A stretch of 63,197 nt of DNA, counting the filler, from Octopus bimaculoides (Eukaryota): the NCBI RefSeq assembly GCF_001194135.2. It is 6 parts of 6 records of this genome, joined end to end, with 100 filler letters (N's around TTAATTAATTAA, not from the genome) between each part and the next. Parts side by side here need not be neighbours in the genome. Positions count along the whole stretch, not along the records: positions 60,085 to 63,197 come from NC_068996.1; 5 more parts are not named here. One strand, written 5' to 3'. The notes under the pieces are model-generated. The model did not search any database, was not told the DNA's origin, and was given only the letters and a program-made list of their open reading frames with translations. The translations under genes and the position numbers were made by a program. Below, piece by piece: positions 63,162 through 63,197 of this stretch (position 1 is its first letter; each line of letters begins with the position of its first letter).

Positions 63162-63169
<8 letters not shown>
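62543..63169. mobile_element. Foldback MITE with TIRs of about 215 bp (Kolobok/T2-like termini, tentative)
   Basis: ATAAGGTACAGTG...(62543-62760) is the diverged reverse complement of 62947-63169. The CpG-rich core carries TGCGCCTGCGCAGTAG. Confidence 0.85.

Positions 63170-63197
<28 letters not shown>

Overview
AT-rich eukaryotic genomic DNA, most likely an octopus (coleoid cephalopod). This is inferred from the SINE families and microsatellite load and was not confirmed by a search. The window is dominated by microsatellites, N gaps and five artificial 100-bp scaffold linkers (N44-TTAATTAATTAA-N44). Most of the remaining sequence is decayed mobile elements. These include several tRNA-derived SINE families, Penelope-like elements (two GIY-YIG types), L1/Tx1-, RTE-, CR1-, HERO- and R4/Dong-like LINE fragments, three mariner remnants, a hAT MITE with an 8-bp TSD and a long-TIR foldback MITE. 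No rRNA, true tRNA, CRISPR or securely identifiable host protein gene was found. Only isolated candidate exons can be proposed, and they occur on both strands. The best leads are five. (1) A Penelope terminus combines a tRNA-like Pol III cassette, an (AAT)n spacer and a minimal palindromic-stem-III hammerhead, and a second hammerhead-bearing terminus lies nearby. (2) A 42-nt candidate microexon has a 3' splice site that regenerates a perfect GTAAGT donor, like a recursive splice site. (3) Three perfect POU octamers fall within 63 bp. (4) A CpG-decayed block at about 44-60 kb is bounded by two scaffold joins. (5) Several inverted-repeat pairs could form dsRNA substrates for ADAR. Element boundaries are by-eye estimates unless a TSD or TIR is quoted. 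SINE family labels A-D are my own working names.
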